DNA from: Nageia nagi
Lineage: Eukaryota > Plantae > Pinophyta
Assembly: GCA_050084985.1 (NCBI GenBank)
Contig: JBITNC010000001.1
Location: 79,174,001-79,238,000 of the forward strand
Direction of reading: 5' to 3'
DNA length: 64,000 nt
The stretch's first letter is position 1, and every line of letters begins with the position of its first letter. The position numbers were made by a program, and so were the translations under genes. This document shows, in pieces, positions 51,979 through 64,000 of the stretch. The notes under the pieces were generated by a model. That model was not told where the DNA came from, did not search any database, and saw only the letters and a list, made by a program, of their open reading frames with translations.

Positions 51979-52579
51979 CTATCTGCTATCAAACGCTCCC
52001 AGGTTGCTGGATTGCTTTTCCCTTGAGAAGTTGAAACACCAGGTGGTAAAATACGTACAATCTTCAATACACTACAGTCCCTGTTGTTATCATGCCAAAC
52101 TGAAGCTAGGCAACAACTTGTAGAAGAGAAAGCTGGTAAGGCAACACAAGCACCAACAGGGGCACAGTAATATTCTATTGGAGAAAAGTTGAATCCTGAA
52201 AATAAATGAACATCACCGAAGCGAAAAGCGAAAGCAACCTCTCCACCATGACCCGAGAAGACAATTTTGGCAAGCATCCGTACGTCACTGTGGTGATCAA
52301 CTGCTTCAGAGTTGAACTTGTCGCTACAACCATTAGAATCTGCCGAAGCTTGGGATCTAGATAAATAGGAAGAAGATTTATAGTCTTTCATAGGTGGTAT
52401 GCTCTTGTTAACTGTTGTTGTCCAGATTGTTGTCATGGGTGATTGTCCCCCAGAATTTGTATTAGAATTTTCAAAAAGTGGATGCAGAGCAACCTGTTGA
52501 TGTGAACTTTCCCATCTCTGCACTCTCCAGCCAGTTAGAGAGGGACCCTCATCAGGATTGTGCGGAGACATATATTGTC
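51979..52579 (-). CDS. MED16: MED16 internal exon (601 nt); upstream exons lie outside the window
   Basis: (G)QYMSPHNPDEGPSLTGWRVQRWESS...FSGHGGEVA...PAFSSTSCCLASVWHD...WERLIADR. ctgacag acceptor, gtatgt donor, phase 1/2. Confidence 0.95.
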
Positions 52580-52721
52580 CTGTCAGAAATGGACTAAATT
52601 AAATTTGAAGAAATTGACTCCAAGTTTTTCAAATTAAATATAAGAAACCATCAAAAGAAGGTGTCTATTAGTAGCTTATCCATCTAATAGGTCCCTGTGA
52701 CTGAAGATACATCTCTTGTGA

Positions 52722-54599
52722 TATGAAAGTGAAATTCCCAAGGTCGTCAAGGGACGTGTCCCCCACCCTCAAAATTCCCGTCCCCGTCCCCTGCCGTCCC
52801 CAGAAACTTGGGACTCCATAGGGGACGTTGCCAGATCCAAAATTAGCCTCTAATGGAAGATACAGTCAGGATTTTCAAAGAAGCATACCATGAATCCTAT
52901 TTTAAAGAATACCTAACAAGATAAAATTTAAACAAGATACCTCATATATATCGATTGTCAACTTTAATATAAGAAATCCCTAAACTAAGGCATCTTATCT
53001 ACAAAAATCATTCTCAAAGCATAAATGTGAAAAGTGCCAAAATTATCTTATTCTTTATCAGATCAAAGTGAAAATCGTTTCAGACATTAGTTGATGGTAA
53101 ATAACACAAATTTCTTCTTATTCTCACCTTATAGCGGACATTTTTAATAGCATATAGTAGATGTCCAATGTTCTTGTTTTTCAAATTTATAGATAATCGT
53201 AAAGAATTTGTTTTTGCTTCTACAATTTTTCATATATCCTCGCAGATAAACCACCTACCTATGAGGGATGTCTCTATCCCTCGGCATCCACAAAACTTGG
53301 GGACTTCAGTGGAGATATTTCCCCTTTGTCCTTCTTTTTTAGGGGATTGGCAGGGACATCCCTGATACATTTCCTACATGGATTAAATGGTGCTGCACTT
53401 TTTTCCCTGGTAGGAACAAGTTATGGTAGGATACATACTCTTTTCCTTGACAAAATGGGAGGAATTGGTATAGCAATTCCTCAGGGACGTCCCCAATACA
53501 CTTCCTACATGGATTAATTGGTGCTGCACTTTTTTCCCTGGTAGGAACAAGTTATGATAGGATACATACTCTTTTCCTTGACGAGATGGGAGGAATTGGT
53601 ATAGCAATTCCTCAAAATATTTACTATGTTCAGTAGCTTTTCAATGGCTTGTCTCGCATTGCCAGGAATAAGTGGATTAGTAGTAAAATCTACGATATTT
53701 TTGGAAATAATTACTAGGAATTATTGTTCAATCTTTCGAATCATTATTATTAAAATAGCCGTAGTTGGAATGATATTAACCTCCATCTATTTGTTATCTA
53801 TGTCATGCCAAATGTTCTTTAAGTTAAGATATAAGGTTTTGAATGTCTCGAACCCTTATTTCACAGATTTGGGACTACACAATTTTTCTTTTGATGTGTT
53901 TTTTAATCCGTATTAGGTATGGGTCTTGATCCCGATCTAGTTTTATTCCTATACAATTATAAGGTAGAAGCCATTTTCTTTGGATATCCCTCAGGTAGTC
54001 GTCCCCGAAACGTCTCCTAAAAAAGGGACAGTTGACCATTCCAAGGATAGTAAGGGAATGCCTTTAACTTCCCCTTCTCATCACTAGGGACGACCAGACT
54101 TCCCTTTGGGTACTTTCTCAAAAATAGAAACATAAAAAACTTTACAGAAGCATGTCCATCTTTCTTTCAAGCTAATGTGCATCCCATCCCCTTAAAACCC
54201 TAAAAATGCAAAAGAAAACATAAAAGAAAAAGACATTTTGAGGTTGGAAAAGTGTTTATAGTTGTAGAAATTAATCAATTGTTTTGGCAGGAGATTGGAA
54301 AAGAGGATTACTATTTGACTACACTGTGAAGACTAGAGAGGTTGAGACTATTTATCTAAAACATTTTTGATGTTTTGCTTTGTTGCATAGTGGACAAACC
54401 TAAAGGCTAAGACTGTTTAGTGTTTTCACAGTTGAAGTTTAATTGTTTGGCAATTTGGCTGTTGTTTGGCTGGAAGAATTTGTTGTTTGGTTGCACTGTT
54501 TGAAAGTTTGGCCAGATGTTGTTCTCCTGTTTGGCTAAATAGACTTTGAAATTGTTAGTATTAAACAATTTTTCCGAGTCCAAACTAATTATTGGAATA

Positions 54600-54639
<40 letters not shown>

Positions 54640-54724
54640 TCCCCCGATGTCCACATCCCTTCCCGTCCCCAAAACATATTTTCCTGGTTCCCATCCCCAA
54701 GCCAACATGTAACCTTGTTTCCAT
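52722..54724. mobile_element. Non-autonomous hAT-like element with GTCCCC/GGGAC subterminal motifs
   Basis: Clusters of gtcccc/gggac at both ends; right end ...gtttccatg; internal 131-bp-period duplication (53366/53497) and a (TA)n tract at ~54603-54637. No TSD confirmed. Confidence 0.55.
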
Positions 54725-55070
54725 GCAGATCATTGATCTCTTGATTTTGAACATTCAGAATCAAACTAATGCTCTGGGAAACTACTACAACTACTGGAGT
54801 TAAAATCAGAAATGAGATCTTTATGATTCACAAATGAGATCTTGCAGTTTACTAGAAAGATTGAACCAAATCACAGATGAGATTCTAATTGGAATAGCAG
54901 CATAACTTACCGATGGATTCTACATTTGATCAAAAGAATCCATCTTGTCGACACAGATTTAGATTCACTAAATCTCTGGATATCTCCATCCAGGTCTGTC
55001 TACCGAAATACCATTTTTTCCCTATATTCCTGATATACAGAGAAAAAAGAGTGAACTTATTTGATTCGAC

Positions 55071-55144
55071 CTAGACTGACAAAGCTCAAACCTGCAACTT
55101 TTGTCTTAACAAGGTAGTACCCTAACCAATTGAACTACAATCCC
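55071..55144 (-). pseudogene. trnD: Plastid-type tRNA-Asp(GUC) pseudogene, probable NUPT fragment
   Basis: Minus strand GGGATTGTAGTTCAATTGGTTAGGGTACTACCTTGTTAAGACAAAAGTTGCAGGTTTGAGCTTTGTCAGTCTAG aligns end to end (74 nt) with chloroplast trnD-GUC; differences are mostly C>T and G>A. Confidence 0.8.
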
Positions 55145-56215
55145 ACTAGGTACAAGGCCCACCAAATAATCTGCAATAACACATTATGTTAATGATAAAT
55201 CCATAAAACATTTGATCTTGCAATTTCCTCAAATCTGAAGTATCACTTCCTTCCATTATGTCTATGAATACATGTATAAGTAAATAAAGTGCATACTTAT
55301 TTACCTTCTAGGGGTTGGTAGATCAGTGGATCCGAGCACACGGTTCTAGACCTTGAATTCAAGGGTTTCAAAACCCTTCTAGACCAAGCCTTATTTGATT
55401 AATATAGCCTTATTTGGGATATAGGCTTATTTGGCAATAAATTGCTCTCTATTGTGTCATAGGATCTCACAATATGAACCTAACTTTGATTTAGAATGAA
55501 AGATAAGGTTTCTATAATGATTTAAGGTCCTTCCAAAGAGTCAGGGTTTAAAAGGGAATCCAGAGAGCTTCGGAAATATATAGATTAAATTCAATCACAA
55601 ACCAAAAGATTAAAAATCAGGAACATCTTCACGAGCTAACAAAGCACAATTGGAGAAGAAAACAGAATCTCAAAACAAACAGATCATACAGGCAACTACA
55701 ATGGAGTTTAAAACGGAGGAGATTCACTCAGCAAAGAAAAATGTGAAAGAAGCAAAATGTTCCATATATTTCCTTCTTTTGCAGATATGTGATCTGTCAA
55801 AAGCTATATCATGAACAATACCATTATAGATCAACCTCACAATGAACTATACAAAGGAATAGCCATAATTGTTTTATTGTTTACTAAAAGTTATTCAATT
55901 GGTAATTCCTTAGACATATGTATATTTTAAAAGAAATTAAGAAAAAGAAATAGTGAAATATTCTTACAGGGAATGGTATTTAGTATTTACATATTTTAAT
56001 TTTACCCCTATAATAATTCTTGCATTCTGATCTGCATTATTCTGACAACATAAAAATATCAATGCAAGGCATTTGCTTAAGATGGGTAAAAAAGACATTC
56101 TAATTTTGATGGAGAATTGAGTAATGTTTGAACGGTATGATGCATTTATCAGCTTCAAGATTGTTTTGCATTCTCTTTAAGGCAAGGCTTTCTTCCATCC
56201 TGAGATACAGCTTCT

Positions 56216-57445
56216 TTGTTGCACGATAGCATGAATGTTTATGATATCACCTCATAAGAACAACCCTGGTGAGGAATAATTTATTAGCACACAAATTTTA
56301 TTAATCTATTTATTCTGAAGGATGAATTTACACACAGTAGTCATCCTAAAATAGGAGTCATTCTTTCTTACCGGCTGATTTGGTTGTTAGTCATGTTGAG
56401 AAGTCAATAGGTTGTTAGCATCTTATACTTATTTGAGTTATACTTTGTTTAGGCAGCTATGCCTAATTCCAGCTTTCTAAGCCTTATTTATAGCTCATCA
56501 TTTTCAATACAACACTGTTGGAATTATTCCACATCAGTTGGTATCGAAGAATCCAATCCAAAGTTTGGGGTAAGGTACTAGCCCATCCATTTACGTCTAC
56601 TTTCTGGATCAATTGTTTAATTTGATTTCAGCTCTAGTTCCGCTATCTGAAGATCGATCTTTGGTTATCTGATTCATTCCACTCTATTTTTGGACTTGCG
56701 TTTCATTTGGATTTTCAATGGATATTTCATATTATTCTGTCAATTTGACGGTCCTCACGCTTTGATTATGCAATTTGATTTCGAAAATTGTTTACAAGCC
56801 ATCATTGACGTTACAACCAACAAAACTAATTCTCATAGATGGATCTGACCAAGCTGTCCTATGCATCAATCATGTGCACAAAGATCTAGAGTCTAGAATA
56901 TTTAATCATTCAAGAAAGCATATGGCAAACAAAACTACACAAGAACGAGACATGTATTGCAAGGAGAATCCCTATCCGACCCAAAAACGATTCATGTTTG
57001 AGACCTTTACCAAATCATCTTGTCTCAGACCTTGATCATGCTGAGCAGAAGAATTGCATACGAAAACCAACCATCCTGCATCCAAATTTACATGTAATGG
57101 TTTTCCAAATCACCACAATCTTTTATCAACACTCCAAATCCTTCCAAAAATAGGCTATTCAACAATTGCCCATTCATCACTTGGTAATGTTAACTTTGTC
57201 CCTATCTCTGAGCATTTTTGACAGAAAAATAGTTACATTTGATGTATCAAAACATTTTTCGTTTTGCATTAGAAAAGAGTCTTTGTTTTGACAGTTTTGA
57301 CCACTTTCTGTATTTTTCACAATTACTTCATCCTGCATTGTATTGGCATGTCATCAAAGACCATTAAAATCCTGATTCAACATGCTTCGCAATGAGTGGT
57401 TGCATGCTACATCCGCATAACATCTTCCAAGATTAATTCATCTTC
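56216..57445 (-). repeat. Inverted repeat arm B
   Basis: Reverse complement of 48033-49759. A third, much more diverged partial copy lies at ~60067-60285. Confidence 0.95.
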
Positions 57446-58289
57446 AATCAACCAAAATAAGATCTCCAGTGAATTCTTAACTTGTTTTAATATTTGGATT
57501 AGTCACTTATAAAATTTTTTGTGGATGTATGTTTTGAGTTTTGGAGCATTTTTCACATTGTCACAGTGGTTCTATCTCTTACTCTATATTCAGATCATTC
57601 AATTATAAAATTTCTTGTGGATGTGAGTTTCTCAGTTTTGGGTTTTGGAGTGTGGTTCTATCTCTTACTATATACAGAATCCTATTGTTGGACGGTATTT
57701 ATTTTTATTGCCGCTGGCAACCGCAATTATAGCTGAAAGAGTGATTCAACTCTCAAATATCATCCATAAACTATCAACGAAGGTGAATGACATACGCTTA
57801 ACCAAGTTATTGATGCAACACACCAAGTACAAAGGATCAATCTGCAATGGCTTGAAAGTTCTTGTGAACTGCAATATGGATGTGAACACTTGGTTTGAAT
57901 TTAATCAAACTCCTGCTGCCAACAAAGCAGATTTTACTAATTGAAGCTTTCATGCATTCCCAAAATGCTGACTATAGATTGCACTATTGAACAACCTGCC
58001 AATATCATGAATTATGATTGCCTTATATGTACATCAGTACTTGGACCAAACTTCTTGATGCATTCAGTAAAACTTTATATCTTTCCAATTATTTGTAGGA
58101 TACTAATGTTAAGTAGCTTCACCTTCAACAAAGGAATAAACATGCCATTCATGACTACATATTTTATTTTCATCAGCCGCGTATCTCGTTGAACAAAAAG
58201 GATTTTGAAGCCGATTTGGTCCTTAAACTCGGAAGCAGTTTGGTGGAACATTGATACCATGAATTAGAGTACAACGATTTGCCAACTCT

Positions 58290-60060
58290 TTAGGCTGCAT
58301 ACAATAATGTGAATTTAGCCGAAGAAAAGTATTTTTTTTGCCAAAAAATGCCATTCAATACTTCCTCTTCAACTTCATGGGCCACTCCAAAAACACCACC
58401 TTCATCATCTTCTGTACTTCCCCTTCTTTTAATACTACTCGAAGTAGCAAGTCTTGTACCTAATCCAAGAAGAAAAAGCAGCCTCTCCAAAATACTCTAT
58501 AAGACTCGTTCATGAGCCTTGCTCATATCTAGCTTAAGGAGCATACCTTTTCTATCACTAGCTTTGATCGAATGCATATGGAGCGTAATAATCTCATCTA
58601 GAATCTGTCTATCCTTAACAAAACCTCCTTGCTCTTTGGAGATAATAGTAGGGAGTATAAATTTTGATCTTATTGCAATGAATTTAGATATTATTATGTA
58701 TAGCACTGCATACGCTAATAGGTCTGAGATCTTTGAAACTTTTTTACACTATCTTCTTGGGGATCAGAAATAAAAAAGGAGCTGTTGAGCTGCTTTAGGA
58801 TCTGTCCTGCCCTTAGAGATTCCTTGACTGCTACAGTAACATCATACGTCACTATATGCCAGAAGGTTTGGAAGAAACCTGCTTGAAACTCATCCAGGCC
58901 TGGAGCTTTATCTCTTCCAAAGACAAGGTGGCTTCCCTAACATCATCTTCCTTAATATGCTTAAAAAGTTGGTCATTAATACCCTTGAAATTAATTTTGG
59001 GATGAAATTTAAGATGTCTTCAACCACTTCTACACACCGCACCATATCTTCAGTCAAAAGCTTTTGGAAAAAGTCCACTGCCAAGAGCTCAATTACCTTG
59101 CTCTCCCTTATAAATTGGCCATCTTCCTTCTTGATTTCTTCTATTCGGTCAGAAATTTTATGTTTAATAGTGGAAACATGGAAGAACTTGATGTTTCAGT
59201 CTCCCTAATTTAATTCTCAGCTTTTGTCAATATAGTATGCAGTTTTGCATTTAGCTCCTTTTCTTTTTCATATTAACTCTGATTCATACCTGTCCTACTG
59301 ACTTCTTCCTCTAGCTTATCTGTTCCAACTGAATAGAATTCTTCTTCTGAAAGATTTTACCAAAGGCATCCCTGTTCCATTTCTCAACTTCTTTCTTCAC
59401 TGTTTTTTATTTGTTAGCTAGGATTTGCATGTTAGTTCCCTGGGCTGGTAAACTCCACAATTTTTTTAAATATATCCAGGTGGTACGACCACATATCGAA
59501 TCTGTAAGGCGAATTAAAATTTTTATCCTCCAAACTGCACCAAACGTGTAGAGGGCTGTGATGAGACCCTGTTCTTGGCAAGGGGTTCATATTAAATGTT
59601 AAGTTATTTTGAAACCATTCTTCCAAAAGGAGAACCCTCTCCAACTGGATCTGGATCAAGTTGCTACCTGAGCATCTATTCGACCCTGTAAGTCTGTTAC
59701 AATCCAAGTCTACATCAAAAAATTCTCCTTCAGCTAGAAAGTTACCCAAATCCTGCATGCAATCAGAGAATAAAGGTATGTTAAAATCACCCACCATCTA
59801 TTCGACCATGTAAGTATGTTACCAAGTCTACATCAAACAATCCTCCTTTCAGCTGGCGATAAAGGTGTGTTAAAATCACCCACCAAAAGCTATCATAATC
59901 CTCTTGGCCTCTTTCCCATATCTCCTAATGTTTTCCACAGCTCTTTATGAGCTCTAATAGAATTAGTTAGGGGCATAAATATTAGTGATTACGAAAGAGA
60001 CTTATAATGACACTGCTGTGACATGAACTGTGACCTGATTATCACTTTTAGCTAGCATTT
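58290..60060 (-). mobile_element. LINE (L1-type) remnant
   Basis: Endonuclease motifs (VGDFNIPL, IQLERVL, SHHSPL), KAPGLDEFQAGFFQTFW, RT EQGGFVKDRQILD..MLLKLDMSKAHERV; fragmented. Confidence 0.8.
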
Positions 60061-60344
60061 AATTGTGAAGGATGAGTTTACACATATTGTTCATCCTAAA
60101 ATAAAAAGGTTGTTCTTATGGATTGATTTGGTTGTTAAGTCATTTTGAGTAATCAATAGGTTGTTAGCATCTTAGATTTATTCGAATTATTTTTTTATTA
60201 GGCAGATGTGCCTATTTCCAGCTTTGAAACCCGTATTTATAGGTATTCATTTTCTATACAACACAGCTCGAACTATTCCAAATCAACTCCATCCTACTTT
60301 TGTTTTTAAGTTGATACCCTGATTCTTAATAATAAGCAATATTC

Positions 60345-61707
60345 CACGAGGACGCATTCCCCCTCCTGGAGGAGCCGTTCCCTGCGTTCCTGAGTTTTGG
60401 GAACTTGGGAACGCCTGGGAAACATTTCCCAGCCGTTCCCCTTTTGGGGGACGCCTAGGTGACTTCCCCGAGATGTCCCCCATGATGGGGAAAACATTCC
60501 CTATTCGTCCACTCATTCGGGAACGGCCAGCGTTTCCCGACTGTTCCCCCGGCCGGCAGACCCAGGAAAGCTGGGAAAAAAAATACAGCTTTTGACTTGA
60601 AAAAAAAAACACAAAGTGCTTTATAATGGGCCCCACCCATGTTTCCATCCCCTCTAACCCTAAAAAGGTGCTCTAAAAGTGATTTTATAATCACTTGTCA
60701 TTGTGTAGAGGAGAAAGAGAGCAAGGAGGAAGAAAAACACAGCAGTAGAAGAAAAAGACAGCAGTGAAGAGAAAGAGAGCAAGGAGGAAGAGAAACACAG
60801 AAGTGTAGAGGACAAAAGCCAAGGAGGAGAAGAAAGTTACCTAGCACAATCCAAGGTTTTTCTCTTTCTCAGTCTCTACTTGTTTAGTTTAAACTTTAAA
60901 CTTTACTTGTAGTTGTTTTCAAAAAAAAAAACCAAGATGAGTAGTGAGGTTGAGGAAGAAAATCAAAGTTGAGGTAGAAACAGAAATGGGAGTTGAAAAT
61001 GATCAACAAAACAAATCAATTTTTGATTGCCCATCCACAATGTTAAAAGGTTTTGCTAAAAGGCCATTTAATCCTAGAAAACCTTTGTTGCAACTTGTCA
61101 CAAACCTAGATGCTGGAAAAAAAATTGAAGGGGGAGCAAGAACTTATAAATGTCACATTTGTAACTCTACATTTAAAGGGAGTTATACCAGGGTTGAATC
61201 ACATTTGACTGATAAACATGGGACAAGGGTGAGGGTTTGTAAAAAAAAGAATAGATTTATGTTTGCAGAAGCTAGTAGGCTTGCGCAAGAGGCTTACCTT
61301 AAGAATCATGGGCTGTCCATTCTTAAATCTAGCCAAGCCTCCCATGTATCATACTCCTCATCAGCTAGAGAAAAAGAAACTGGACTCTCTTCTAGTTTGC
61401 CAAGTCCTACATTCCCCTCCAAAAAAAAAGGAAATATAACTGAAACATTAAACTTGCAGCAGAAAGAGAGAGCTGATGATGCAATGGCAAAATTATTTTA
61501 TGCACATGCCTTGCCTTTTCATCTTGCACGCTCACCTTACTTGAGGGTAGCATTTCAGGAAGTAAGGATGGTTGGGCCTTCATAAGTACTACCTGGTGAG
61601 ACTAGACTCCGTACTTCTCTTTTGGAGAAGCAATATGCAGTTTGATGATGCAGAAGTTGAAGGTTACATGGGTGCGTAGTGGATGTTCCATTATTAAGGA
61701 TGGATAG
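60345..61707 (+). mobile_element. 5' part of a hAT transposon (BED finger + DUF659), interrupted by an LTR
   Basis: GC-rich ttccc/gggaa subterminal motifs. ORF 60944-61585 YKCHICNSTFKGSYTRVESHL...MAKLFYAHALPFHLARSPY continues to GCSIIKDG(W) at ~61705. Confidence 0.85.
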
Positions 61708-64000
61708 TGTTGTGTCCTACACAACTCACCCCAAAATTTCGCAATTTTGGGGACCCTCAGCAGCTTACATTCATGTGACACCAAGTCGGCACGATCCCTC
61801 CTTGTCCCCGACCGACCAAAAACCACGTCTATGTTCCCATCACCTAAGTGAGTCCAACTGCCCAATCTTGGTCGTGTCATGATAAAAACCTAAAACCCTT
61901 GAAAATTGGCTAAGTATAGAAAATCTAAGTCGTGTTTAGGTAAAACTAGGAAACTTGTGTCGAGTCAGAACCAAGCACAGTGAGTCTAGGCCACTCCTAG
62001 GCTTGGCGCATGCTCCAGGAAGACAAAATTTTGTCTTTCTAGAACATGCGCTTGGGAAGACGCCTAATTTGGAGTTCAAGTTCGAAAGAGCAAACTGGGT
62101 CATTCCTGGACCCAACGCATGCTCCAGAAAGACAATTTTTTTGTCTTTTTGGGGCATGTGCCAGGAAGACACCCAGGACGAAGCAAAGGCCCGAAAAAGA
62201 CAACTTAGTGCATTTCAAGGCTAGCACATGCCTCGAAAAGACAATCTTGTCTTTTGGGAGCATGCGCCAAGCCCAGGATGGCATCCAGTTGGGCTGAAAC
62301 ATGAAATTTTGCTAAGGCATGGAGTCTCAAAGCTCATATCTCGCTCCAGCATGGCCAGAGGGGCTTGCCCATGCCTCAGAAAGACAAATTCTTGACTTTT
62401 GGAAGCATGTGCCAAGCCTAGGAAGACACCGGGACGGGGTGAACTTGAAAATATGGCTAAGTCCCGGGAGGAGAAGACCAAAACGAAGCAAATCTGGCCA
62501 CCTGCAACCCAACGCATGCCTCAGGAAGACAAAATTCTGACTTTCTGAACCATGCACCCAGACTAGAAGAGCCGAAGGGTTTGGAGCGCTTTTCAAAAAG
62601 ACAAAATCTTGGCTTTTGAAATCATGTGCCAGGCTTGGAGGAGCCTCTAATGCATCCTCAGGTTGAGCGCATGATCTAGGAAGACAAAATCTTGTCTTTT
62701 CTGGGCATGCGCCAACCCTAGAAGAGCCCTAGACCCCCACATCTAGTCTTCGACGGTCAAGCATGGAAGTTTGAGCGCAAACACATCTCGAGGTCGATCA
62801 TGTGGACAGCCAAGATCAATTCCTCTCATGCCTAGCCAACTAGGGTTTCTTGGAAACCAAAATTTGCCTATAAACACCAACCTGGGGAGCTCATTTTCTC
62901 AAACTTAGATTATCCTGCTCCTCATCTTGTGCACCACAATGGTCGAACTAAACCCTGAGGCACCAAGGCAAGAAGGCAAGACAGGGAAAGGTATGACCAC
63001 TGGTAATGCCTCGCCAAGACAGAAGCACAACGTTGACATCACAACCTTAATAAGATCACTGCACAAGGATCCCAGCCTAAGAGCTAGAGACGAATCTACA
63101 AACACTCACTATGTGAGTAGATTTGTGTTCAAAGTGAACAATACACTTTCTGTCACCAAAGTTTCCTTGAACAAGGAACTAGAGGAGCCGCAAGACTTGG
63201 AGGCCTGTACCTTAAAGATTGAAATTGATGAAGTAAACACTACTGGGGCAAAGCGGATTAGAGATATTACCAAACTGGCGAAGGAGCTGGAAGAGAGGCA
63301 GGGGAAGCTAAGCCTAGAAGGAGAGACCACACCTTCCCATCCAGATTTTCTTCAAGACTAGGTCGCCATAGGCGGACAAAGGTGCCATCAGCAAGCTAGC
63401 AATGGAGTCCTCAAGCTCGGTGTTGCAGAGACAAAGAAGATGGACCAACAGGAATAGACTAGAGAACCATCAAGGCGGGATGTTGCAAGTTCAACAATTA
63501 GCTTTTATATTATTTTGTTTATTTCAGTATTGTTTTAATTTTGGATTTCAAAACTTATTAAATTTTGTACAACCTTGTGACAAATGAGGATTTGCTCCCA
63601 CAAACGCTGGAATAAATCTTGTAATGCCATGTGGCATATTCTTATTTGACCGTTTTTTATTTTTCTTGAAACTCGTATTAGGGTTAAGGCAACACAATGG
63701 TTGCTCCAAAAACTATTTATACCCCATTTTGATTCATTTGTAAGGAGGATTGACACTTTTAACAATTGAAAAGAACTTTTGCTTGCTAGACCCAAATATT
63801 CTCCAAGTTGTTAAATGTAATGTATGTTAGTGCAATTGAAAAGATGTGCTTCTCATGTTGTAATGCCAAATTTGAATGAATGATTGACAGTGTTGTCTAG
63901 TTTGTTCTATCACTGAATTATGTTGATTTTAATCACTTGGTGCATCTTGTAAATCCTAATTGGGGTGGACAAGAGAATGCTTGTAGATTTTATAAAGTGA
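61708..64000 (+). mobile_element. LTR of a Gypsy-type retrotransposon, running off the window end
   Basis: Abrupt TGTTGTGTCC..CACCCCAAAA..TTTTGGGGACCC start inside the hAT ORF; imperfect catgcgcc/aagacaaaat tandem units at 61960-62730; TATA-like cctataaa at ~62867. Confidence 0.7.

Noticed and set aside
55071-55144. Functional tRNA-Asn (GTT anticodon)
   Set aside because: The body is trnD-GUC with stem-breaking C>T and G>A changes; it is a pseudogene.
52580-64000. Further upstream MED16 exons
   Set aside because: No minus-strand segment matching the expected preceding MED16 sequence was recognised; a very small exon cannot be excluded.

Overview
AT-rich plant nuclear DNA; the giant TE-filled introns and element style suggest a large-genome gymnosperm or conifer (inference). 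The minus strand carries the last nine coding exons of a Mediator subunit 16 gene (MED16/SFR6-like), from exon 52579-51979 to the stop at 1769, all with GT-AG introns in consistent phase. The 5' exons appear to lie beyond position 64000. The large introns (17.5 kb, 26.2 kb and >11 kb) contain hAT transposons and MITEs, a three-level nest of LTR retrotransposons (three with intact 5-bp TSDs), a LINE remnant and a plastid-type trnD pseudogene. Two features stand out. (1) An endogenous caulimovirid (florendovirus-like) insert, 20821-24461, that looks like 1.04 copies of a circular genome of only 3,492 bp. It encodes protease-RT-RNase H plus an ORF2 homolog, with no recognisable movement or coat protein, so it may be one segment of a bipartite or helper-dependent pararetrovirus. 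(2) A ~1.2-kb inverted repeat with a ~490-bp identical core that brackets a frame-symmetric 681-nt two-exon MED16 cassette, a configuration associated with circRNA formation or exon skipping. All identities and coordinates were read by eye.
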